This document shows, piece after piece, positions 27,728 through 35,173 of a stretch of DNA of 64,000 nt. Location: NCBI GenBank assembly GCA_028716725.1, contig JAQUPG010000008.1, positions 3,653 through 67,652 on the forward strand, read 5' to 3'. Made by a program: the position numbers and the translations under genes. The DNA comes from Patescibacteria group bacterium. GTDB taxonomy: Bacteria; Patescibacteriota; Patescibacteriia; Patescibacteriales; JAQTRU01. A model generated the notes under the pieces. That model was not told where the DNA came from, did no database searches, and saw only the letters and a list, made by a program, of their open reading frames with translations. Positions within the stretch are counted from its first letter, which is position 1. Each line of letters starts with the position of its first letter.

Positions 27728-27874
27728 TTAGCCCTCCGTCAATTCAGTTTTTTTCAATTCTATTCCCATTTCTGCCGCTACTGTTCTCAATACTTCCGCG
27801 CGGTTTTCTTTGTCTACTCCCGCCAGCGTCTTTTTTATCTGGGCAACTGCCAGATTTTTTTGAGAGTCGCTCAT
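27728..27874 (-). CDS. Hypothetical 48-aa protein
   Basis: AGGAGGAGGG SD; MSDSQKNLAVAQIKKTLAGVDKENRAEVLRTVAAEMGIELKKTELTEG. Confidence 0.4.
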   Translation of the reverse strand: MSDSQKNLAVAQIKKTLAGVDKENRAEVLRTVAAEMGIELKKTELTEG

Positions 27875-27919
27875 TTTCGTTTCCCTCCTCCTGCGGTTGG
27901 TGATATTTTTTTTCGATCT

Positions 27920-28099
27920 TCAGCTTGGCCAGACTTCTTTTGGCAGACTGACCCCCTTAAAACCCCGGAAGCCCGATTCGATAAAATTGGGCTTTGTTAG
28001 GTTGCCATTTCCCGCTGGAGAAAAAGCAGGTTCATCTCCTGCGAGCTCGACTTGTTTCTCGCCATTGCCGGTAAAGCCAGCCTCTGTCTCTTTAGCCAT
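27920..28099 (-). CDS. Hypothetical 59-aa protein (low complexity)
   Basis: GGGGGA SD; start at the internal Met of track ORF 27920..28141, 9 nt after the upstream stop. Confidence 0.4.
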   Translation of the reverse strand: MAKETEAGFTGNGEKQVELAGDEPAFSPAGNGNLTKPNFIESGFRGFKGVSLPKEVWPS

Positions 28100-28109
28100 T
28101 TCTTCCCCC

Positions 28110-28328
28110 TTACAGCAGAGTGTTAAAGATTTGCCGCGCACTTTTCATAAAGCAGCCGTTAATTCCTTGAGTTTCGAAGATAATAATAATTGAACAAATT
28201 CCCTGGAGCAGTTCCAGCCTTGGTTTTTTCTGAAGGCGTTCTAAGGTCTCTTGAAAAAAAACTTTATTGCCGCCAATAGCTGAATTAACGATGATTGAAG
28301 TGAGATCTTGAGTTGATTGATTGTTCAT
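28110..28328 (-). CDS. Hypothetical 72-aa protein
   Basis: GGAGGG SD; first gene of a four-cistron, tightly spaced - strand unit. Confidence 0.45.
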   Translation of the reverse strand: MNNQSTQDLTSIIVNSAIGGNKVFFQETLERLQKKPRLELLQGICSIIIIFETQGINGCFMKSARQIFNTLL

Positions 28329-28553
28329 TCTTCCCTCCGTTTATGTTTTTGTATTTTATAGTCTTTTAGAAAGAGCATATAAAAAAACTGGCTCCCCTTA
28401 CGAGGAGCCAGTTTTTCGTTTTCCCTAGTGAGTTTAACTTATCAAATAGTTAAAGCATCACAAAAAACTGATCTCCTCATGGAGCCATAGAACCAAAAAC
28501 CAAAGAAGAAATAAGTTTTTCGTAATGCCTTAATCATAAAAATATTGAATTTA

Positions 28554-28580
28554 CCCCGTTAGATAATATATTTAATGGGG
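28554..28580. repeat. CCCCGTTAGA-family short hairpin copy
   Basis: CCCCGTTAGATAATATATTTAATGGGG. Confidence 0.6.
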
Positions 28581-28737
28581 TTTTACTCTCTGTGGATAAT
28601 TATATCATAAATATGGGCAAAGTCAAACAAATTGTGGATTTTTTATATTTTTACATTAAAAAATAGCTAATATTAAATAAAAATTAAAAGGCAATTTGTT
28701 TTTAGCAAATTGCCTTTATTTCCCAAATTTTTGCATT

Positions 28738-29127
28738 TCAGGCCATTAAGTCCTGAAAGCAGTTAAGCATGGCCCGGGCGACGGCCATATGGGAATTGGT
28801 CGGGTGTTCGTCGTTCCTTTTGCATCTTCGGCTGTCTCCGTTTGAGCCGATCTGAATATGGGCATGAGCCTTGCACCCGCCCCTATAAGGCAGGTTTGCC
28901 CCGCAGGCAAGAAGCGTTATTTCCTGGTCACTGCCCAGATCGGGGGCGCAAGAAACAACCATTTCTTTTATCGCCCTAAATATGGCGTGGTGGATATTTT
29001 CCTGCCCCTGGCTGGCGCAAGAAATTTTTTCTTCACCCCTTGGGGTAGCGAAAACGAGAGTAGCGGTCGGAATCATTCCCGTCCCGTCAGATACCTGAAC
29101 GGTTTTTATGGCGAGATCAGCAATCAT
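28738..29127 (-). CDS. Stand-alone LeuA-dimer (allosteric R-region)-like domain protein
   Basis: 129 aa; two beta-alpha-beta-like halves (VSDGTG..ATLVFA..ASQGQENIHHAIFRAI / HAHIQIG..NSHMAVARAMLNCF) resembling the C-terminus of LeuA/CimA; assignment by eye. Confidence 0.4.
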   Translation of the reverse strand: MIADLAIKTVQVSDGTGMIPTATLVFATPRGEEKISCASQGQENIHHAIFRAIKEMVVSCAPDLGSDQEITLLACGANLPYRGGCKAHAHIQIGSNGDSRRCKRNDEHPTNSHMAVARAMLNCFQDLMA

Positions 29128-29142
29128 TTCTTTTCTCCCTGT

Positions 29143-29274
29143 TTAGAGATCCATTATGCCGACGAAAATCATTTCTTCCCCGTTCCACCAAAACAATTTT
29201 TCTGCAGAACTGGGGTTTGTTGGCGGTTCGTTTCCCTGACCATCCGTTTCCGGTTTTTCCGTGTCTTCTTCCAT
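29143..29274 (-). CDS. Hypothetical acidic 43-aa protein
   Basis: GAGGAGG SD; MEEDTEKPETDGQGNEPPTNPSSAEKLFWWNGEEMIFVGIMDL; stop 15 nt before the next start. Confidence 0.35.
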   Translation of the reverse strand: MEEDTEKPETDGQGNEPPTNPSSAEKLFWWNGEEMIFVGIMDL

Positions 29275-29501
29275 TTGGCGCCTCCTCGGTTATGAATAGT
29301 TGTGCGGTTGCATATTTAAAAAAGAACAATCAAAAAAACCACCCCATTCGGGTGGCTTTTCCTATGTTTATAAAATAATCTGGTTATAGTTTATTTATAC
29401 GAAAGCAAGCCACCCGAGAGGGAAGTAAGAGTAACAATCCTAACAGCAAGTTTTTTTGAATAGCTTGTTTCATATTATTAAGACTAGTATAACATACTTA
29501 G

Positions 29502-29545
29502 AAAAAAAAGCAACCCCCTTACAAAATGAATTTTATAAGGGGGTT
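29502..29545 (-). terminator. Intrinsic terminator of the cimA-like gene
   Basis: AACCCCCTTA(29512-29521)/TAAGGGGGTT(29536-29545); T8 on the - strand. Confidence 0.7.
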
Positions 29546-29551
29546 TTATAG

Positions 29552-31114
29552 TTATTGTTTTTCCTCCTTTTCTTTTTCTTTGACGATCCGATAGCAGTAA
29601 GCGTCCCAAAGAGCTTCCCAGGCCGCTTCTAGAAAATCGGCGTTAACTCCCATAACCGTCCAGGATTCCTTTTCATCCGTGAAAGTGGCGATGACCCTAA
29701 CTTTGGCGGCGGTATCAAGTTCAAAATTGAATATCTCCGGCCGAAAGTCAGCCAGCCTTACTTCTTCTAGGAAAGGGAAATAAGGAAGTAAAGCGCGGCG
29801 CAGAGCCTGGTTTAAACCGTCAACTCCGCCTGCCCCTTCAGCATTAACCAATATTTTTTCCTCAGCAACAGTTATGGTTAAGCTGGCTTCGCTTTGAATT
29901 GCCTGCCGGCCGATTTTTTCATCCCACGTTCTCCATTTTTTGAACTTAGGAAGAGGAGGAAGCTCTCCTAATTTTCCCAGCAGCCAAAGGTAAAAAGAAG
30001 CTCGGGCTTGTCCTAAATCTTTACCCTCGTCACAGAGCTGGTTAAATTCGTCCATAAATTTTTTGGCTAGCCCTCTGGCAATAGTAAGGCCGAATTCTTT
30101 CGCTACAGTAACCAAATTAGATGCTCCGGAACCCTCGGCCAGTTCGGTTCTTTCCTTATTTCCGACAAATTTTGGAGGAGCGTGAAAATAACTGCCAGGG
30201 TCTTTTTCATGGCCATCAGTATGCATGCCGGCTTTAGTGGCAAAAGCATTTTCTCCTACCCAAGGTTCAAACGGGTTTGGCTTTATGTTTAAAGCGCGGC
30301 AAACCAGGACATAAATCGAGCAAAGGTTTTGTAAAGAATTGAGAGGAAAATTATTTAACCCTTGTTCTTCCCAGACCAGATCAGGAAGGAACGTAGTTAT
30401 GGGTGCGTTGCCGACTCTTTCGCCGATGGTGCCGATGGTTCCCTGAATGTGGTTTATGCCAAGTTCCCAGGCTAGTTCAGAGAGGGCCGAAGCTCTTCTT
30501 CGGTCATCGTGGAAATGAACGCCGAGCCGGTCCAGAGGAATAATTTTCGAGACCTCAGTAATTACTTGAGTTACTTCCAGGAAATTTATTCCGCCGTTAG
30601 TATCGCAGAGGACAATCCAGGTTGCTCCGGCTTCGGTCGCTGCCAAAAGAACCTTCTCGGCATAATCTCTATCGCCGTTTAGCCAAGCATCAAAAGCATG
30701 TTCAGCATCAAAGATTACTTCCAAGCCGGCTTCAACCAAAGTTCTTATTGAATCTCTGATAGTTTGGAGATAATCATCCGGGTTTTGCTTTAGTGATTTT
30801 TCTACATCCCGGCGACGTGTTTTGCCGACTAACACTCCGACCGGAACCCCGAGTTTTATGATGTTTTTTACATCTTCCGGATGAGTTCGGCCAAAAGCAG
30901 CAATTTTGGCTTTTAACCCAAGCTTTAGCGCTTCCTGGATAAGTCGACGACTGGCTCTGCGGGAATTGGCAAAACCAAGTTCAAGGTAGCTAACCCCTAA
31001 TTCGGAAATGGCAGTAGCAGCTTTTAAGACATCTTTGATGTTGGTTATTTTTGCCCATATTCTTTGGGCGCCATCCCGAAAAGTCGTGTCTAAAACCACT
31101 AAATTTTTTTTCAT
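29552..31114 (-). CDS. cimA: Citramalate synthase / 2-isopropylmalate synthase family (DRE-TIM metallolyase + LeuA-dimer C-terminus)
   Basis: LDTTFRDGAQ, GVHFHDD (HxH), C-terminal regulatory domain; the cimA symbol is suggested by the Ile-rich leader and is not proven. Confidence 0.8.
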   Translation of the reverse strand: MKKNLVVLDTTFRDGAQRIWAKITNIKDVLKAATAISELGVSYLELGFANSRRASRRLIQEALKLGLKAKIAAFGRTHPEDVKNIIKLGVPVGVLVGKTRRRDVEKSLKQNPDDYLQTIRDSIRTLVEAGLEVIFDAEHAFDAWLNGDRDYAEKVLLAATEAGATWIVLCDTNGGINFLEVTQVITEVSKIIPLDRLGVHFHDDRRRASALSELAWELGINHIQGTIGTIGERVGNAPITTFLPDLVWEEQGLNNFPLNSLQNLCSIYVLVCRALNIKPNPFEPWVGENAFATKAGMHTDGHEKDPGSYFHAPPKFVGNKERTELAEGSGASNLVTVAKEFGLTIARGLAKKFMDEFNQLCDEGKDLGQARASFYLWLLGKLGELPPLPKFKKWRTWDEKIGRQAIQSEASLTITVAEEKILVNAEGAGGVDGLNQALRRALLPYFPFLEEVRLADFRPEIFNFELDTAAKVRVIATFTDEKESWTVMGVNADFLEAAWEALWDAYCYRIVKEKEKEEKQ

Positions 31115-31172
31115 CTTTTTCCTCCGTCAGTGATTGTGTTTATTTTTGAATGAACGTTTTTTCAGGAATAAA

Positions 31173-31370
31173 CAAAAAATCGCCTGGCTTTGAAGACGAT
31201 TTTTTACAGTTTTTTATTTTAATATTTTGTTTATTCTGATTTTGTCTTCAAAGCACAATAAAATTGATTATCAATAATGATAATCCCGATAATGCCAATA
31301 ATAATTATTGTGCTTTGCGCTAAATTCATATGATTATTCTTATCTTATACGATTGTTTTTAATTTGTCAA
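31173..31370 (-). promoter_or_regulatory. Leader-peptide transcription attenuator (promoter, Ile-rich leader ORF, 1:2 / 2:3 / 3:4 alternative helices, terminator)
   Basis: TTGACA(31370-31365)-N17-TAAGAT(31347-31342); seg1 31317-31305, seg2 31261-31244, seg3 31197-31187, terminator hairpin 31200-31179 + U-run. Confidence 0.6.
31231..31329 (-). CDS. 32-aa leader peptide with 10 Ile codons
   Basis: MNLAQSTIIIIGIIGIIIIDNQFYCALKTKSE; ATG about 6 nt from the predicted TSS (near-leaderless). Confidence 0.55.
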   Translation of the reverse strand: MNLAQSTIIIIGIIGIIIIDNQFYCALKTKSE

Positions 31371-31522
31371 ATGCTTTCTAAAATTAGGTAAATTCGGCCC
31401 TTTCACCAATTTGCCAAAAGCCAATAAATAATATAGAATAAAGATATATTTGGTTATTTTTTACTAGCGTAAAAAAGCCGCAACTACGAATGCGGCACAT
31501 GCGAATTATTAAATAAAAATAT

Positions 31523-32743
31523 ATGGCAAAAGTCATAACTGATAGAAGTAAAATTAGAGAAGTTTTGGAGAGGGGAGTGGAAAATATTTATCCGGATAAA
31601 GAATCTTTGGAAAAAGTTTTATCATCAGGAAAAAGGATAAAGCTTTATTGCGGTTTTGATCCAAGCGCCCCATCCCTGCACATCGGCAATGCCATCCAGC
31701 TAAATAAATTAGCCCAGTTTCAGGCTTTAGGGCACGAAGTTATTTTTTTAATTGGGGATTTTACCGGCATGATTGGCGACCCGACCGATAAAGCGGCGGC
31801 CCGGAAAAAAATGACTAGAAAAGAAGTTTTGGCTAATGCCAAAAATTACAAAAAGCAAGCCAGCGCTTATTTAAGTTTTTCCGGCAGGAACAAAGCGAAA
31901 ATAATGTATAACAGCAAATGGAACGATAAATTAAATTTTGCTGGTTTAATTGATTTGGCTTCTAATTTTACAGTCCAGCAAATGATTGCCAGGGATATGT
32001 TTCAGGACCGCTTAAAAGAAGACAAGCCGATTTATCTCCATGAATTTCTCTATCCTTTGGCCCAGGGCTATGACAGCGTGGCCATGGACGTTGATTTGGA
32101 AATCGGAGGCAATGACCAGATGTTTAATATGCTTTGCGGCAGGGATTTGATGAAAGCCATAAAGGGGAAAGAAAAATTTGTTTTAACTACGAAACTATTG
32201 GTTGATCCGACCGGAAAGAAAATGGGCAAGACCGAGGGCAATATTGTAAACCTGGACGAGAATCCTCAGGACATGTACGGAAAAATTATGTCCTGGCCGG
32301 ACGGAGTGATTATCCCGGGTTTTGAACTTTGTACAAAGATACCGATGGCCGAGGTGGAAAAAATAAAAAGAGAACTGGAGAACGGGAAAACAAATCCCAG
32401 AGATTTTAAAATGAAATTGGCTTATGAGATAACGAAAATGAATTGGGGAGAAAAAAAAGCCGAGGAAGCGCAGGATTATTTTGTTAAGACGATACAGAAG
32501 AAAGAAGCACCGGATGAAGTTAAAAGTAAAAAGTTAAAAGTAAAAAGTATGAATATAGTCGATTTGTTAGTGGAGGTAGAATTGGCGAGTAGTAAAAGTG
32601 AAGCTCGGCGTTTAATAGAACAAGGCGGGATAAAAGTTGGCGAGCAAGTTATTAGTGATATTGGCAAAAAAATTGAGGTAACAAAAAATGGTGTTTTAAT
32701 TCAGAGAGGAAAGAGGCAATTTATTAAAGTAATTGGGGAATAA
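31523..32743 (+). CDS. tyrS: Tyrosyl-tRNA synthetase
   Basis: HIGN and KMGKT class I motifs; C-terminal S4-like domain. Confidence 0.95.
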   Translation: MAKVITDRSKIREVLERGVENIYPDKESLEKVLSSGKRIKLYCGFDPSAPSLHIGNAIQLNKLAQFQALGHEVIFLIGDFTGMIGDPTDKAAARKKMTRKEVLANAKNYKKQASAYLSFSGRNKAKIMYNSKWNDKLNFAGLIDLASNFTVQQMIARDMFQDRLKEDKPIYLHEFLYPLAQGYDSVAMDVDLEIGGNDQMFNMLCGRDLMKAIKGKEKFVLTTKLLVDPTGKKMGKTEGNIVNLDENPQDMYGKIMSWPDGVIIPGFELCTKIPMAEVEKIKRELENGKTNPRDFKMKLAYEITKMNWGEKKAEEAQDYFVKTIQKKEAPDEVKSKKLKVKSMNIVDLLVEVELASSKSEARRLIEQGGIKVGEQVISDIGKKIEVTKNGVLIQRGKRQFIKVIGE

Positions 32744-32910
32744 TTAATGCTTCGCTAGGATTTACTTTTGTGACTCTGCTATTTTCCTTGTCATCCCGGC
32801 CCGCGAGCCGGGATCCAGAATTAAACGGCAGGAATGTCTAGCATAATTTTACTGGTTTAATAGTCTGTGCGGCTTTCTTCTGGATTCCCGCTTTCGCGGG
32901 AATGACGGGG
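32744..32910. repeat. Composite repeat: 5' GCTTCGCTAGGA..TACTTTTG module plus two GC-rich hairpins in inverted orientation
   Basis: TTAATGCTTCGCTAGGATTTACTTTTG matches the 5' ends of the 36585 and 37689 copies; GTCATCCCGGCCCGCGAGCCGGGATCCAGAA (32790-32820) and TTCTGGATTCCCGCTTTCGCGGGAATGAC (32878-32906). Confidence 0.6.
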
Positions 32911-32930
32911 GATGTATTAGTAAGAAGATT

Positions 32931-34658
32931 ATGTATACGTTGGAAAAAATAAAAGAACATATTGCAGAGAAAATTAATAAGGCGCTGGGAGAAGAAATTA
33001 TTAAGGCGTCCTCTTTAGTTTATCCGCCCAGTCTGGAAATGGGAGATTTAAGCTTGCCCTGCTTTCAGCTAATCGGAGCGACGAAAAAATCTCCGGCCGA
33101 GTCGGCTGATTTTTTAATCAATAAGATTTCGGCTGATGATATAATTACTAATTTAAAAGCGATTGGGCCGTATTTAAATTTTACGATTAACAAGGAATAT
33201 TTAACCGAGGAAGTGATGAAAGAAATATCAAAGGAAAAGGAAGAATATGGAAAAAACAAAACGGGCAAGGGCGAGAAGGTAATGATAGAATATTCTAATG
33301 CCAATACGCACAAAGAGTATCACATCGGCCATTTGCGAAATATCTGCTATGGGGAAGCGGTAAAAAGGATTTTGGCAGCCAGCGGCTATAAAGTTATACC
33401 GGTTTCCTATATCAATGATTTCGGCATTCATGTCGCCAAGACTTTGTGGAATTATGACGATTTTATAAAAGAAAAAAGCTTAAAAGAAAAAATCGAAAAA
33501 ATGCCGGAGGAAGAAAAAGGCTATCTTTTAGGCGAAATGTACGTGGCGGCCTGCCGGCGGGAAGAAAAAGATAAGACTGCCAAAACCATGATAAGTTTTT
33601 TTATGAAAAAACTGGAAAGCCGGCAGGGAGCCGAATATAAGCTTTGGCAGAAAACTAGGGAGTGGAGCATAAAATATTTCGCCAAAATTTATGAGGAGTT
33701 GGGCGTTTGTTTTAAAGATATTTTTTACGAAAGCCAGTATATTGATAAGGGAATAAAAATGGTGAAACGTCTCCGGGCCGAAGGGATTTTAAAAGAAAGC
33801 GAAGGGGCCGTAATTGCCGATTTGGAAAAATTGGGCGTGCTTTTATTCTTGCGCTCGGACGGAACCGCGCTTTATCCGGTGGCGGACGTTCCTTTGGCCA
33901 TTGATAAATTTAAAAAATATAAAATAGATAAATCAATTTACGTCGTGGACATAAGACAGAGCCTGTACTTTAAGCAGCTCTTCGCGGTTTTAGAAAAAAT
34001 GGGGTATAAGCAAAAATTAATTCATTTAGGCTACGAGTTTGTCAATCTGCCTTCGGGAATGATGTCTTCCCGGACCGGGAATGTTATCACTTACCGGGGT
34101 TTAAAAGAGGAGATGCTATCTAAAGCCGCGGGAGAAACGAAAAAAAGGCATAAAGACTGGCCGCAAGATAGAGCGGAAGAAGTGGCAGAAAAGATTACTT
34201 TAGGCGCCATGAAATTTGAAATGATAAAGGTTAGTGCTAGTAGCGTTATCACTTTTGACATAAACAAAGCTTTGCAATTTGACGGTTACACCGCGGCTTA
34301 TCTACAATATACTTATGCCAGGATAAACAGCATTTTCCGCAAATCGCAAATCGCAAATCGCAAATCGCAAAATTTCAAGTCTGAAGAATTAGTTGAGGAT
34401 AAGGAAAATAATTTGATATTGAAATTGGCAAAATACCCGGAAGTGGTGGAAAAAGCCGGGGAGAGTTATGATCCGGCGGAAATTGCCAAATATTTATTTG
34501 AGTTGGCCCAGGATTTTAATGATTATTACCATAGCGTACCGGTTTTAAAAGCTGACGATGATGTCAGAAGCGCAAGACTGGCGATGCTTTCGGCTATTAG
34601 CCAAGTGCTCGCAAATGGATTAGAATTATTAGGGATAGAAGCATTAGAAGAAATGTAA
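32931..34658 (+). CDS. argS: Arginyl-tRNA synthetase
   Basis: SNANTHKEYHIGHLRN (HIGH), MSSRTG (KMSKS-like), DALR anticodon-binding end. Confidence 0.95.
   Translation: MYTLEKIKEHIAEKINKALGEEIIKASSLVYPPSLEMGDLSLPCFQLIGATKKSPAESADFLINKISADDIITNLKAIGPYLNFTINKEYLTEEVMKEISKEKEEYGKNKTGKGEKVMIEYSNANTHKEYHIGHLRNICYGEAVKRILAASGYKVIPVSYINDFGIHVAKTLWNYDDFIKEKSLKEKIEKMPEEEKGYLLGEMYVAACRREEKDKTAKTMISFFMKKLESRQGAEYKLWQKTREWSIKYFAKIYEELGVCFKDIFYESQYIDKGIKMVKRLRAEGILKESEGAVIADLEKLGVLLFLRSDGTALYPVADVPLAIDKFKKYKIDKSIYVVDIRQSLYFKQLFAVLEKMGYKQKLIHLGYEFVNLPSGMMSSRTGNVITYRGLKEEMLSKAAGETKKRHKDWPQDRAEEVAEKITLGAMKFEMIKVSASSVITFDINKALQFDGYTAAYLQYTYARINSIFRKSQIANRKSQNFKSEELVEDKENNLILKLAKYPEVVEKAGESYDPAEIAKYLFELAQDFNDYYHSVPVLKADDDVRSARLAMLSAISQVLANGLELLGIEALEEM
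34338..34372 (+). repeat. Tandem heptamer (CGCAAAT x4 plus a partial unit) inside the argS CDS
   Basis: Read directly; translated as RKSQIANRKSQN. Confidence 0.85.
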
Positions 34659-34836
34659 TGTTCAAGACGTTCGTCTATTTTTAAACCTTTTTGTGAACCA
34701 TTAATGCGAATACTTTAGTGATTTTGATAAATTATCAGAGGAATGCGAATGCTACAAATAAATACGAATTATTTATTGTAAAAGAACGGCAACGCTGGAG
34801 AACGTGCCGTTTGGGTAGCCATATTTATAGATTGTT

Positions 34837-35091
34837 TTAACGGGTTATATGCCCGTGTCCCTTTAGGGCTTCAAAAAAAGAGCGGTGAAATACGATACGC
34901 GGAGGGTTTGGTAGGGGCGTAATTAGTGTGTGGTGATCGAACAAGGGTGATTTGGATGATGCTGGGGTATTTCTTTCTCTCGGTGTATGGGAAGATGCGC
35001 TCGGGAGAGGTGGGATCAGTATGTAGTGATTAAATAAGGGCGATCTGGTTGAGCCAGGTCCCGCGGGTGTCCACTTATTAGGATTATTCAT
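34837..35091 (-). CDS. Hypothetical Pro-rich 84-aa protein with an internal tandem repeat (coding status uncertain)
   Basis: GAGGAGGAG SD; repeats SPLFNHYILIPPLP / SPLFDHHTLITPLP; region is GC-richer and G-rich on the + strand. Confidence 0.3.
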   Translation of the reverse strand: MNNPNKWTPAGPGSTRSPLFNHYILIPPLPSASSHTPRERNTPASSKSPLFDHHTLITPLPNPPRIVFHRSFFEALKGHGHITR

Positions 35092-35173
35092 TTTCTCCTC
35101 CTCGTTTTTTCTGGTTTATGCTTACATAATAAAATACATTGATTATTAAGTCAATTATCGATAAAATAATAAT

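Noticed and set aside
28575-28645. A perfect DnaA-box TGTGGATAA (about 28582-28590) and a near-match TGTGGATTT (about 28627-28635) in an AT-rich spacer, possible oriC
   Set aside because: Only two boxes, no dnaA or dnaN nearby, and no cluster or DUE-like 13-mers that I could see. This is expected by chance in AT-rich DNA.
29117-29329. 70-aa - strand ORF (MFFFKYATAQ...) from the track
   Set aside because: It is out of frame with, and overlaps, the SD-preceded 43-codon ORF (29143-29274). It has no SD and its start lies inside a terminator hairpin, so the smaller ORF is preferred.
29390-29473. 28-codon ORF MKQAIQKNLLLGLLLLLPSRVACFRINKL with a lipobox-like VAC
   Set aside because: It has no SD, leaves only 6 residues after the Cys, and sits between two terminators. 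Coding cannot be supported.
34338-34372. CRISPR-like or other spaced repeat arrays (argS heptamers, valS ATTACGAA repeats, CCCCGTTAGA pairs)
   Set aside because: The units are 7-16 nt, lie inside CDSs or occur as inverted pairs, and lack regularly spaced unique spacers of 25-40 nt. There are no cas genes. No CRISPR array is present.
34837-35170. T-box riboswitch upstream of glyQS
   Set aside because: I could not find the T-box 14-mer (..GGGTGGTACCGCG), a specifier-loop/GA-motif stem I, or a terminator/antiterminator pair. It is kept only as an open question in the findings.
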